Shown piece by piece: positions 1 through 9,486 of a stretch of DNA of 64,000 nucleotides; within the stretch, counting starts at the first letter, position 1; every line of letters starts with the position of its first letter. A program made the position numbers and the translations under genes. The stretch is from Candidatus Freyarchaeum deiterrae (lineage in GTDB: Archaea > Asgardarchaeota > Jordiarchaeia > Jordiarchaeales > Jordiarchaeaceae). The DNA is taken from the NCBI GenBank assembly GCA_037305845.1, contig CP147778.1, positions 3,392,001 through 3,456,000 of the forward strand. The letters run 5' to 3'. The notes under the pieces are model-generated. The model was not told the origin of the DNA. It did no database searches and saw nothing but the letters and a program-made list of their open reading frames with translations.

Positions 1-57
1 TCTCGTCGGGAACTAAAGCGGCATACAATGGCTTATTTGAATGGTGTTCTTCCTTAA
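1..57 (+). CDS. 3' end of an unidentified CDS entering from outside the window (SRRELKRHTMAYLNGVLP*)
   Basis: Frame 1 is open from position 1 to TAA at 55-57, convergent with the methyltransferase. Too short to identify. Confidence 0.3.
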   Translation, partial: SRRELKRHTMAYLNGVLP

Positions 58-170
58 CAAAAGGGTCGGTATATAAAACATTATTCATTACGCTATCCAT
101 CATCTCTTTTATTACATCTTGAATTGCCAATTTTTTTTGGTCAGTATCAACCATTATCTCATTACCTCAA

Positions 171-1400
171 TCATGGTTTTTGCCAAACGAATATTGATTC
201 ATAAAATTCGCTTGCTCGTCTGCCAGTTCTACGGTTTACATGACGATTAATGATGCATTCGCATTTTACTCCAGCTAATTCTGCAATTCTTTCATACAGT
301 CCTTTGCTGTCATTTGCTACAACTATCATTCGTCCGCCTGATGCCATTGATTTAGCTGCGTTGAGAAATACGAGAGCGATGTCTTTCTGGTATGTTTCTT
401 GTGAACTCTTACTTGACCCATTCACAGCAGCTCCAATTTCTGATTCGCGTCTATCTTCAAGCCCTAATAAGTGGTATGCATAAGCATGTTGTTCATGATA
501 ATCAATCAGACCGACGTATGGTGGGCTGGTCATTACTCCATCAATTTTTGGAAAATTAATTTTACGCGAATCATCATTATATATCGATATTTTAGCTTTT
601 GTTCGTAATTTATCAAATTCTTTAATTCTTTTTATTGTGTCTAAACTATACCTGCGAATAAATTTGAATGCCTCTATTGTTGGAGAGCATTGACGATTAT
701 GTTTATAACAATGATAAGAAACCAATTGAGGTTTTTTAGGAAAATCCAAATCAAAATGTGTGGTCAAACGTGCTGACCGTGCAGACCTTGAAAGGATTAT
801 TTTTAGTAAATCTTGATATTCATAACCGCCCGTTTCAATAAAGTATCGATATGTCAACAATTCTCTTAAGGCAATTGGAGCAAACCACGTCCGTAAATAT
901 TCGTTATCAGTGTCTGATAAATCCAATTGACTAAGTTGTTTACCCTGTAGATCGACTTGAGCTGGATTGATTTGTGTTGAATCATGAACCTTACTTAAGA
1001 TATTTTTAATCTCTTTTTCCATTTTTTTCAAATTATACTCAGCTGTTTTAGCTCGGCTCAAAAGAACGTTAAAAGCGGAAATATCATACCCAATGGCATT
1101 GATACCTAACTCGTTTGCTTGAACGAGTGTTGTCCCTGAACCCGAAAATGGGTCAAGTACGGTCTGTCCTTTAACAAAATATTTCCTTAAGAAAATTTCC
1201 GCTAATTGAGGAATAAATTTTCCAAGATATGGATGTAATCTATGAACATGTTTTGTCCTTTCACGTTCAGGTAAGTCCTTCTCCGTCCAATTCAAATTTA
1301 AATCTTCTAAGGGTGTTTCCGATGTTACTGTTGAAGGCAACGTGGGTGTACTTTTTTGGGCAATATATACTGGACAACGAAGTTCTTCATTTGTTCTCAT
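171..1400 (-). CDS. DNA amino-methyltransferase, probably N4-cytosine, alpha motif order
   Basis: HRLHPYLGKF N-terminal motif, SAM-binding motif I VLDPFSGSGTT, catalytic motif IV TSPPY. Confidence 0.85.
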   Translation of the reverse strand: MRTNEELRCPVYIAQKSTPTLPSTVTSETPLEDLNLNWTEKDLPERERTKHVHRLHPYLGKFIPQLAEIFLRKYFVKGQTVLDPFSGSGTTLVQANELGINAIGYDISAFNVLLSRAKTAEYNLKKMEKEIKNILSKVHDSTQINPAQVDLQGKQLSQLDLSDTDNEYLRTWFAPIALRELLTYRYFIETGGYEYQDLLKIILSRSARSARLTTHFDLDFPKKPQLVSYHCYKHNRQCSPTIEAFKFIRRYSLDTIKRIKEFDKLRTKAKISIYNDDSRKINFPKIDGVMTSPPYVGLIDYHEQHAYAYHLLGLEDRRESEIGAAVNGSSKSSQETYQKDIALVFLNAAKSMASGGRMIVVANDSKGLYERIAELAGVKCECIINRHVNRRTGRRASEFYESIFVWQKP

Positions 1401-1508
1401 AGTTTACTATCCCAAATCTCTTTGATTGCTTTCAATTCTTAGCCATTATCTTTTTTAGGTATTGTTATTATTTATCCTTAACTGTTTTTCTTTTGCTTTT
1501 ACCCCTAT

Positions 1509-1580
1509 GCCCCTCCTCCTCCTCCCCTTGCATTCCCACCCCTACCCTCTACCCAATAGAATTTTAGGAGGGGCGCTGTG
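1509..1580. repeat. Dispersed ~70-bp C-rich/G-rich intergenic repeat, copy 1
   Basis: Core cccttgcattcccacccctaccctctaccc...aattttaggagggg recurs at ~6233 and ~9504. A 9-bp inverted repeat gcccctcct/aggaggggc lies at 1509-1517 and 1566-1574. Confidence 0.75.
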
Positions 1581-1897
1581 GAGCGCTTCTGTTTATTTAT
1601 TTTGAAGAGAATTGGGAACTGGTGATATTTGGACAATAGAGGGACTGGTGGGGCTTTAAAACGGTGTCTGAAAATGAGTCTTGAATGACTAAATTCGGTC
1701 TTGATTGTAAAAGGTAATAATAATATGATGATGGGCAAAGGCAGGTAGGCCTGCCTGGTTCGAGCGTATTTTGCCAGTTGATACGCTATATTATTGTGTT
1801 AATTTTTTTAATATCTTCTAATCTGTTTTTTTATGGGTAAACTGCCTTGTTGTGGCTTCTGTGGGTTTTAATCTGTCCTTTGGCTGATTGGTTTTTA

Positions 1898-2278
1898 TCA
1901 GTTTTCAACGTGACTTCCACAGTTGGAACAGTAAACTGCATTGGGAGCCAGTTTGGCACCACAGTAGGTACAGAATGGACCGTTTTCCATTTCATGGGTA
2001 GCAACCGCTTCATGATCCTCGGGAGTTATTTCCAATTTTTGGATGCCCAATCTTTTCATCTCTGCTTTTAGATCCTCCTCGGTCAAGTTCTGGGCAGATT
2101 TTCCAGTTGCCATCTCTATTCTTCTCACATCATCCATGTGTAACTTGTACATCAATGTTCCAAAGAAGAAGAGCATCCACGTCCTTCTCGTTATTATCCA
2201 AGGTAATCGAAACAACAGGTATCTTCTAAATCGAGCCCTTCTCACAGCTCGCCTCATAACTCTTCGCGGTCTCATCAT
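1898..2278 (-). CDS. Small protein with Arg-rich N-terminus, hydrophobic segment and C-terminal zinc ribbon
   Basis: C-terminal CTYCG-x8-YCSNCG zinc-ribbon motif; GAGGTGA RBS upstream. Confidence 0.75.
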   Translation of the reverse strand: MMRPRRVMRRAVRRARFRRYLLFRLPWIITRRTWMLFFFGTLMYKLHMDDVRRIEMATGKSAQNLTEEDLKAEMKRLGIQKLEITPEDHEAVATHEMENGPFCTYCGAKLAPNAVYCSNCGSHVEN

Positions 2279-2430
2279 TTCACCTCATCATCTATTCTCT
2301 CTACTTTCCTCTTTTAATTAAGGTGCAATTAAAAAAAAGCGGGGATAAAAACTTTATGGATTGTGCAGTTAATGTTAAGTCCACCTATTTTTGGGCATTC
2401 TAGAAACTTTTGGAGCGCTAAAATGGCATA

Positions 2431-2991
2431 CTAAAAAAATAAACCTCCTATGAGAATTTCTAGTCCTATACCGATTAAAATGAGACCTCCTATTATTTCG
2501 ACTTTTCTCTTCAAAGCTTGTCCGAATCTGCACCCAACAAAAACTCCCAGGAAAGTTAGGAGAAACGTCACAGTTCCAATCACTATTATTGGGGTTAGAA
2601 TAAAAACGCCTAAAATCCCAAAGCTCACCCCAACGGCGAAGGCATCGATACTTGTAGCAATCGAAAGTATCAACAAAACATGAACACTCAGAGGGTTGAT
2701 TTTTTTCTCGCTTTTTTCTTTTTTAATTGATTCGTAAATCATCCTACCACCGACAAAACCAAGGAGCCCGAAAGCAATCCAGTGGTCTACCCCCGAAACC
2801 AAATCTGACAAACCGTTTCCCGCTAACCACCCTAACACTGGAAAACCCGCCTGAAATAATCCGAAAAACAGAGCAATCTTTGCAGCGTCCCTGATTCTTG
2901 CCTGTTTAACGGTTACTCCACAAGTAACAGACGCAGCAAAAGAATCCATGGATAATCCAACTGCTATCAATAAAATCGAAATAATGTCCGT
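2431..2991 (-). CDS. mntP: Manganese efflux pump MntP family (start uncertain; ORF open to 3126)
   Basis: Motifs LIAVGLSMDSFAAS, FGLFQA, DHWIAF, IATSIDAFAVG. The family-typical start M-D-I-I reads ACG-GAC-ATT-ATT at 2991. Confidence 0.85.
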   Translation of the reverse strand, partial: TDIISILLIAVGLSMDSFAASVTCGVTVKQARIRDAAKIALFFGLFQAGFPVLGWLAGNGLSDLVSGVDHWIAFGLLGFVGGRMIYESIKKEKSEKKINPLSVHVLLILSIATSIDAFAVGVSFGILGVFILTPIIVIGTVTFLLTFLGVFVGCRFGQALKRKVEIIGGLILIGIGLEILIGGLFF

Positions 2992-3219
2992 TTGATTGTT
3001 ACTGGGTAGCCAGTTTAATCCGCCTAAATTCCCTAGCGCATACTCCTTGACTGAAAGAAGTAACATTATAAAAGGCCAGTACAATATCCTAGTTTTCTCG
3101 TAATTTATCCTACGACTAGTCATCATTATAACAATCCATTTACTAATTTTTAATTATTTGTAGTAGAATAAACGTTCAGCCTAGGAAGCCTCTTATAAAT
3201 GAATCTACAAAATTTAGTT

Positions 3220-4053
3220 CTAATTTTCCGGATAATCACTTCTCTTATGAATCCTTTTCTTGTACCGGTATTCATCCACTTTTAAAAGATTCATCACTTT
3301 GACCGGTTCCTTTTTTACCAAGTTTCTACAAGCCCGATACGCTATCCAGTAGGAGTTTTTATCCCCGCTCTCGACCAGCTCTTTAACTAAATCATAAACG
3401 AGATCCGGGAGCTTCCTTGCCAAGTCGCTGAGATTGTTCCCCACAGCAGTGCGAGGATAGGCTGCTTTCTCCTTAAACAGGTGTTTCAGTACGGATAACG
3501 GGTAATCCGGATTCTGGTAGAACCATCTGTTCTCCTGCACTGGTCTTAGAGTTTCGGCAACGAACCGCCTTATTTTAGCATCTTCTGAATTCACCAGTTG
3601 CAGTAAATATTCCTTCGCTTCGTCGGGATACTTTTTTATAAGTTTGCGGAAAAACATTTGGGCCATTTCACGCATATCGAACTCGGGAGAAACGGCTGCG
3701 GCTTCAAAAAAGGGAAGCACTTTCCTATAATCACCAAGCCCGTAGAAGGATAATACTCCCAAGGAAACACCTTTGCTTTTGTAATCATCGCCTCTTTCGA
3801 AGATACTTGAAGCAATTTGGTATATCGGTGCATCCATTTCAACAAAACGAATGTAAAGGTATTCACTTAGAACTTTTATTGTATGAACTCTTCCGTATGA
3901 AATGCGTTTATTATCCGGAATGTTTGCATAGAGTTCATCTAGTGTATTAGTAACATTTTTTATTGCTGAATCATAATCGCTGTTCAAGACAAGTTTTATG
4001 ATGTCATTTTGTATCTTTTTCCCCAATTCTTCGGTCAATATTTTCATAAGCAA
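3220..4053 (-). CDS. HEAT-like DNA alkylation repair protein (AlkC/AlkD-related)
   Basis: IRRFVAETLRP, YPRTAVGNNLSDLARK and WIAYRACRNL motifs typical of this family. Confidence 0.7.
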   Translation of the reverse strand: MLMKILTEELGKKIQNDIIKLVLNSDYDSAIKNVTNTLDELYANIPDNKRISYGRVHTIKVLSEYLYIRFVEMDAPIYQIASSIFERGDDYKSKGVSLGVLSFYGLGDYRKVLPFFEAAAVSPEFDMREMAQMFFRKLIKKYPDEAKEYLLQLVNSEDAKIRRFVAETLRPVQENRWFYQNPDYPLSVLKHLFKEKAAYPRTAVGNNLSDLARKLPDLVYDLVKELVESGDKNSYWIAYRACRNLVKKEPVKVMNLLKVDEYRYKKRIHKRSDYPEN

Positions 4054-4142
4054 TCTCCATTCATTATTTATGTTCGTGTTAGAAGATCGTTACGAAAAGG
4101 ATTACGCTTTTCTCGGAATTCGATAAATTTTATTACATCATA

Positions 4143-4787
4143 CTAAAGTCTTTTCGTCAAGGACTGTACAAATATGGTCACCATTACGGCTAAAAACTCA
4201 AAATCGATTATTTGAGTCGCGTTAAGATCGAACAACAGGGTTGCCCTCGCAGGAAATTCATCATCCCGATCGTAAAAAATAATCTGTAGTAAAATGTGTG
4301 GAAGCATTTCAAAAATTAGACTCACTGAGTCCAAGCCTGCTTCACCTCCTTGGCGGCCCCCATAACGAGCCGCGGATAATAACAATTCAGGAACGCGTCC
4401 TTGGAATCGCTTTATAATTGGACGCTCTAAGGCGCTACTGGAATAACTACCTAGTTTGAAAAAAGGTCCTGCAAGTTCCGCAAAAGTTACAAATTTTCCT
4501 GCTGGCCGGCAACAACTACCTTTCAAAATATAGTGGATTACGACACTTCCAGTATTATCCGTGAATTCTTTGCCATCAGATCTTCGTACGCCCTCATTAG
4601 ATACTAGGAAAGTCGTACCCAAAAACGGGATAATGGCTTCTCCAGCATCGTTCAATGCAAGACCTAGATTCCCTGCTGAAGTGGCAATATCCTTATTTTT
4701 AAGTTGCTCGATAAGATCTTCATAAATCTTCCTATAACCATCATTTGGTCCGTTCTTTTTCAACATATGAATTCTATTCCTTCGCAT
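4143..4787 (-). CDS. DUF3786-family protein
   Basis: VIHYIL, FVTFAELAG, LPHILLQIIFYDRDDEFPARATLLFD signature. Confidence 0.75.
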   Translation of the reverse strand: MRRNRIHMLKKNGPNDGYRKIYEDLIEQLKNKDIATSAGNLGLALNDAGEAIIPFLGTTFLVSNEGVRRSDGKEFTDNTGSVVIHYILKGSCCRPAGKFVTFAELAGPFFKLGSYSSSALERPIIKRFQGRVPELLLSAARYGGRQGGEAGLDSVSLIFEMLPHILLQIIFYDRDDEFPARATLLFDLNATQIIDFEFLAVMVTIFVQSLTKRL

Positions 4788-4790
4788 ATT

Positions 4791-4937
4791 TCATAATGTA
4801 TTGTACCTATAACTACGTCTTTCACTAAACTTGTTGGTTCTACCCTTGGCGGCGGAACCGAATAGGTATGCAAATTTAACCTCTTTAAAACCATCCAGAA
4901 TCGTCCTCAACTTATTGAGCAAGTCATCAGTCACCAT
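4791..4937 (-). pseudogene. 5' remnant of a minimal nucleotidyltransferase (MNT/MntA antitoxin-like)
   Basis: Translates MVTDDLLNKLRTILDGFKEVKFAYLFGSAAKGRTNKFS, then loses frame where SDxD is expected. Has its own GAGGT RBS. Confidence 0.7.
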
Positions 4938-5008
4938 AACTTTACCTCATAGAAAAGTAATTACAATATAATACCTAAATGTTTTAACACAAATGAAGTT
5001 TTAAAAAC

Positions 5009-5902
5009 TTATTTTTTTCCTTTTTTCCTATAAGAATACATTTTGTCGTAATTATCAACATTATACTCTTTGACTAATCTATTAGTGTATTTTCTTTTCA
5101 CGCTCGCATAGTTCTTGTCGCAGTAATTTGTTTGATAGAGTTGCTCATATTTGGGCACCAAGTCTTCGTCATAATCCTTTAGAAACTCCATAAATCTCTC
5201 CCTCGCCTCTCCACGAAAATTAAGCACATCCAAGATCACATAATCTGCCCCCACATCCGATGCCGCTTTTACAAGTTCTTCTATATCTTTTTCGCTATCC
5301 GTAATGTATGGTAATAAGGGAATCGCTGTAACTCCCACAGTAATTCCCGCTTCATGAAGTTTCTGAATTACTTCAAGCCTCTTTTCCACGCTAGTAATAT
5401 TCAGCTCTATTTTTTTCCTTAAATCTTCGTTCAAAGTGGGTAAGGTAATATCCACGTTAAGAAAACCGGTTGAAGCAATCTCCGTGAGAATATCTAGATC
5501 TCTTAATACCAAATCCGATTTGGTGGTGAGCAACAAGGAATTATGATGCTTTAAGAAAACATTCAACACCTCTCTAGTAATTTTGAACTTTGCCTCCGCC
5601 GGCTGATAGGGGTCAGTGACAGTGGCGAGGTTAACCGTCAATTTTTTGTTCCATTTCTCTCTTGAAAACTCCTTATCTAGAACTTCTGCCGCATTATCCT
5701 TAACGATAATTCTGTATGAAAATTCGCCTGTGGGAAGTCCAAGATATTCATGGGTGTATCTTGCATTACAGTAAACACAGTTGTGCTCACACCCTCTATA
5801 CGTGTTAACCACCCACCTGAAAGGCAAAAACCAAACATTAACGTAATGAAGCATCTTTTTAACCAGAGTGTGCTCGTAAACCACGTCTTTGAATTTCTCC
5901 AT
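5009..5902 (-). CDS. Radical SAM protein, SplB/Rv2578c-like
   Basis: NTYRGCEHNCVYCNAR (CxxxCxxC), TVTDPYQPAE, TTKSDLVLRDLD. Confidence 0.85.
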   Translation of the reverse strand: MEKFKDVVYEHTLVKKMLHYVNVWFLPFRWVVNTYRGCEHNCVYCNARYTHEYLGLPTGEFSYRIIVKDNAAEVLDKEFSREKWNKKLTVNLATVTDPYQPAEAKFKITREVLNVFLKHHNSLLLTTKSDLVLRDLDILTEIASTGFLNVDITLPTLNEDLRKKIELNITSVEKRLEVIQKLHEAGITVGVTAIPLLPYITDSEKDIEELVKAASDVGADYVILDVLNFRGEARERFMEFLKDYDEDLVPKYEQLYQTNYCDKNYASVKRKYTNRLVKEYNVDNYDKMYSYRKKGKK

Positions 5903-6224
5903 ATTTTTGCAACCTGCTTAACATTTAGGCTAAAGGCGGTTAACATCTTGAAATAAAAAAAGGTTCGCTGATATTCAGCTTCATCTAGATAGATACTTTT
6001 ACATCGTGAGTGATTTCTTATAATTCTTACCCTTGGAGATGCAGGTTAATTTTTGAGGAAGGCTTGTTGAAGCGTCCAGACAGCAGAATGAGAAGCACTG
6101 TCGTTGGAGGTTTTCGTCAGTATTTTAAAATATTTAGCAGTTCGAATGGTTTTACGACCTTTTGGAATTCGATAAACCGTATTGCATCTGTAGCTGGTAT
6201 ATCTTCCAATTGAATTCAACTTCT

Positions 6225-6292
6225 GCCCCCTTCCCTTGCATTCCCACCCTTACCCCTCACCCTTTTCAGGAGTTTTAGGAGGGGAGTTGCTG
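6225..6292. repeat. Dispersed C-rich/G-rich intergenic repeat, copy 2
   Basis: cccttgcattcccacccttacccctcaccc...gttttaggaggggag aligns with copy 1. Confidence 0.75.
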
Positions 6293-6394
6293 GGAATAAT
6301 TTTTTGTTCCTTAAAACGAATTTTGCCGTTTTACAAATACTTATATATAAACAATTACTATAAAGTATTAAAAAAATATATAGGTAAGATTTTT

Positions 6395-7261
6395 ATGCCT
6401 TCTAGACCGGGTGGGATCATAGATCTAGCAGTTCAAGAATTGCTGTACTTTACTGCTCGTTGGCTTCCTCTGAGGCTTGTTTACCTTGCCATGGATTTCT
6501 ACGCCCGACTCAAATTTCTTCTAGGCGGTTATGCGGAATATATGCGAAATGTTCTCTACTTTTTCCCAGGGCTCAGTGATGATGCGGCTCGCCACTTGGC
6601 GAGAGGTCTTCTTATTAGTCAATATAAATTTTCTGTAGACTTTTTATTTTGTGGTAGGCTGCCTGAGAAAAAACTTGCGGTAATGTCTATCCCCGAAGGG
6701 TTGGATAAGCTGGATAAGGGACTCTCCTTAGGGCATGGAGTTATCCTTTTTTCTATGCATTCGGAAAATGTACCGGTATCGTTCTACCTTGCAGGTAGAG
6801 GCTATCCTATCAATGTTTCTATTTGGGGAAGGACCGCTAGTATTACTAAGCATGTTTATGGGAATCATTGTAGCACGGTTTCCTCCTTTGAAGAAATGAA
6901 GCAGTGCCTAAATAGAAATGAAGTTCTAGAAATCTTAATTGACGGTATGCAGGGTAAGCATCCTATCGAAGTTAATTTTTTGGGGAAAAAAGTTCTCTTC
7001 TCTCCCGGCATTGTACTGCTTGCCAAGGAAACTGGGGCAAAAGTTTACCCCGTTGTTGCATGGCGTCAGAAGGATGGTAAAATAAGGTTCTCTGTCCATA
7101 GAAATATTGACTTGGATCACTTGAATCTTGAGAATTCTGATGGAGTAAGGGAAGAGATGCAGAAGTGTGTTGACTTCTTTGAACCTTACGTAGTCGAGAA
7201 TCCTGCTGGATACTTCTACGTGTTCCGAATAGAAAGGAAAATCAAGTATTTCAGTAATTAA
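6395..7261 (+). CDS. LpxL/HtrB-like (lysophospholipid) acyltransferase family protein with a captured RPGG N-terminus
   Basis: EGLDKLDKGLSLGHGVILFSMH, EILIDG, VNFLGK, GIVLLAKETGAKVYPV, VVENPAGYF. ATG at 6395 follows a TATA box; the longer ORF from 6236 runs through the repeat. Confidence 0.7.
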   Translation: MPSRPGGIIDLAVQELLYFTARWLPLRLVYLAMDFYARLKFLLGGYAEYMRNVLYFFPGLSDDAARHLARGLLISQYKFSVDFLFCGRLPEKKLAVMSIPEGLDKLDKGLSLGHGVILFSMHSENVPVSFYLAGRGYPINVSIWGRTASITKHVYGNHCSTVSSFEEMKQCLNRNEVLEILIDGMQGKHPIEVNFLGKKVLFSPGIVLLAKETGAKVYPVVAWRQKDGKIRFSVHRNIDLDHLNLENSDGVREEMQKCVDFFEPYVVENPAGYFYVFRIERKIKYFSN

Positions 7262-7392
7262 AGGAATAACCAGCAGCTCATATTTTGTTGAATTAATCAT
7301 TTTCTGTTGAATAAATCCTGTTTTTGTTGAAGTAATAGTTAACGCTACTACTTTTATAACAAAAACTTATCTTGAAGACGCTAGCGGTCAGC

Positions 7393-9444
7393 TCAAACCG
7401 CATGTTGGACGGCGGAAATAATTTCCACAAGCCCCTTTCCACCATCTACGCGTACCCAATCACCAGTCTTTAGACGCATCGTTGCATCGCCGCAACCGAC
7501 GACAGCCGGAATTCCAAACTCTCGCGCAACGATAGCGGCGTGCGATAACGGCGCGCCGACATCGGTCACAACAGCAGCCGCGCACGGGAACAGCGGCGTC
7601 CACCCGACATTGGTCACGGTTGTCACAAGAATCTCGCCGGCCTGCAACTGATCGCCATCCTCAGCCGTGGCAATCACCCGCACCTTACCCTCCACGACGC
7701 CAGCCGCGCCCGGGAAGCCGGTGATCGCACCCTTGACAGGCATGCTGCCCCGTGAAGCGTTGAACATATCGCTGCGCCGCTCAGGATTTGTGGCCCACTG
7801 AAATGGGTCGAATCGCCCGCGGATTAGCACCGGATACGGTGGCAGGGCGCAGTACCGCTTATAGGCGGCGCGTCGGGCTGGGATATAGGTAAGGGAAGTC
7901 TGGTCACCTCCAAGAACGGATAAGATCTCGTCAATCGACAGGAAGAATATGTTCTCACCCTGTCCGGTGAGCATACCGGCGCGCTGGACAAAGGAGCGCA
8001 ACACCCAGACGGTCCGAATCACCTCGGATCGCGCCGCTTCGCGGTCTCTGGTAATCGCAGCCCAGCGGTCAATCTTGCGGCGAATTGATGTTTCCTTTCG
8101 CGGGTAACGCTGGCATAACCGGTCCCATGCGGACTTGCGTTTGGTCTCCTGTCGGGCGAGCAGCGCTGTGGCGTCGTCCTGCGCCTGGCGCAAACCGGCG
8201 AGCTGCTTGTCGATCCAGTTCGATTGCTCACCTGGGCGCGGGATGGAAACCTCCATTTCGTGCGGGCCGCGGTGACCGAACTTCCGTGCAAAGGTCTCTC
8301 GATCGATTTTGCCTTGGGCTAACCGCGTCAGGCCCAACAGCGGTCCGAGGCTAGCCAGCGGGCCTGAACTGGTGCTCAGTCCTGTGAGTAAGACGTTGGT
8401 GTCGTCTTCACCCACCAGCTTCTGCAGATCGCGTCGGATCGAGAGGATAGCGTCCCCACCCGAGTTGACCGCGGTCTCCAGCATGTGGCAGGCCTCATAG
8501 AAGAACGGTGCCACATCAGTGTGCCACAGAGTGACCAGTTCTTCCGAGCTAGGGGCGGCTTGGATCCGGGCGCGTAGTGCCTCGCAGCGCCCTGGCGCCG
8601 CCTGAAGGAATGCAGGTAGCTTCTTATGGTTGGCCCACATGCGGAACAAACCGCGGACGACAACCGGCAAAGCCACGCGTAACAAGTGCCCGCGTGACAA
8701 GCGGACAATCGGAATCTCCAGGCCTTTCGGAAGCCGCCCGAAGCCATGTTCGATCATCCTAGCGACGCGCCTTTGGTTTATTCCGAACACTGCGGCAAAT
8801 GACGCATCCATACTCAGGTTTTTATAGAGACATCCGCCGATATTGCCGTACGTGCGGTACAGGCCAAAGGACAGGTCCATATTCTCCAGCAGGATCTGGA
8901 CTAGCGACCAGGTGCAGGGCGTCATCACGTCGGGCACAGCTTCACCGTAATTCGCTCTAGTCCAGAGGTAATCGCCAGCCAGACTGTCGTTCCACTCCCC
9001 GGCCGCCGGATTGTGGCCGCGCAGGACGGTAATTGGGCGGGCTTCCTCATACAGTTTCTTATTCTCCTTTCCATACACAGCTGTGTCTTCCCCTTTCGCG
9101 TATAGATAAAGAACTCTGATTTTATCATCCATCCTGAAAGTGATTCTTAAAGGCTTTATGACCGCTCTCGTATCCTCCAACCTTCTGACGGCGTCATCCC
9201 ATCCTAGGTAAAGCTCAGAAATATTTTGACGAGGGATAATAAATTCTACAGTTTGTTGCGTATCTTTGTCTTTGCCAGATAATGCTATTTTATTTTCATC
9301 CAGAGTTACTTTTCCTTCATATTTATGGAGGGGTATGCCCATAGGCTGAGAGAGATGTGCCAACAATACTTGTTCTTTGAATCTACCCCGTACCTCTAAG
9401 ATGTCCTCTTTAAAGCCCCAAATCGCATCATAAACTATTGGCAT
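7393..9444 (-). CDS. Chimeric protein: AT-rich N-terminal domain fused to the substrate-binding and phospho-His swivel domains of a rifamycin-phosphotransferase/PEP-synthase-like enzyme; ATP-grasp domain missing
   Basis: ARPIT...WTRANYGEAVPDVMTP, FGHRGPHEMEV, GWTPLF, LSHAAIVAREFGIPAVVG. Abrupt GC shift at ~9042. Confidence 0.75.
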   Translation of the reverse strand: MPIVYDAIWGFKEDILEVRGRFKEQVLLAHLSQPMGIPLHKYEGKVTLDENKIALSGKDKDTQQTVEFIIPRQNISELYLGWDDAVRRLEDTRAVIKPLRITFRMDDKIRVLYLYAKGEDTAVYGKENKKLYEEARPITVLRGHNPAAGEWNDSLAGDYLWTRANYGEAVPDVMTPCTWSLVQILLENMDLSFGLYRTYGNIGGCLYKNLSMDASFAAVFGINQRRVARMIEHGFGRLPKGLEIPIVRLSRGHLLRVALPVVVRGLFRMWANHKKLPAFLQAAPGRCEALRARIQAAPSSEELVTLWHTDVAPFFYEACHMLETAVNSGGDAILSIRRDLQKLVGEDDTNVLLTGLSTSSGPLASLGPLLGLTRLAQGKIDRETFARKFGHRGPHEMEVSIPRPGEQSNWIDKQLAGLRQAQDDATALLARQETKRKSAWDRLCQRYPRKETSIRRKIDRWAAITRDREAARSEVIRTVWVLRSFVQRAGMLTGQGENIFFLSIDEILSVLGGDQTSLTYIPARRAAYKRYCALPPYPVLIRGRFDPFQWATNPERRSDMFNASRGSMPVKGAITGFPGAAGVVEGKVRVIATAEDGDQLQAGEILVTTVTNVGWTPLFPCAAAVVTDVGAPLSHAAIVAREFGIPAVVGCGDATMRLKTGDWVRVDGGKGLVEIISAVQHAV

Positions 9445-9486
9445 AAATGAAATTATATATTTCCAAGATATAAATTTATACCTGTA

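Noticed and set aside
1739-1766. tRNA fragment (hairpin followed by GGTTCGA)
   Set aside because: No T-stem pairing, acceptor stem or cloverleaf.
2991-3060. yybP-ykoY manganese riboswitch upstream of mntP
   Set aside because: Only a GGAGTA-like word matches; the leader is too short and no four-way junction is evident.
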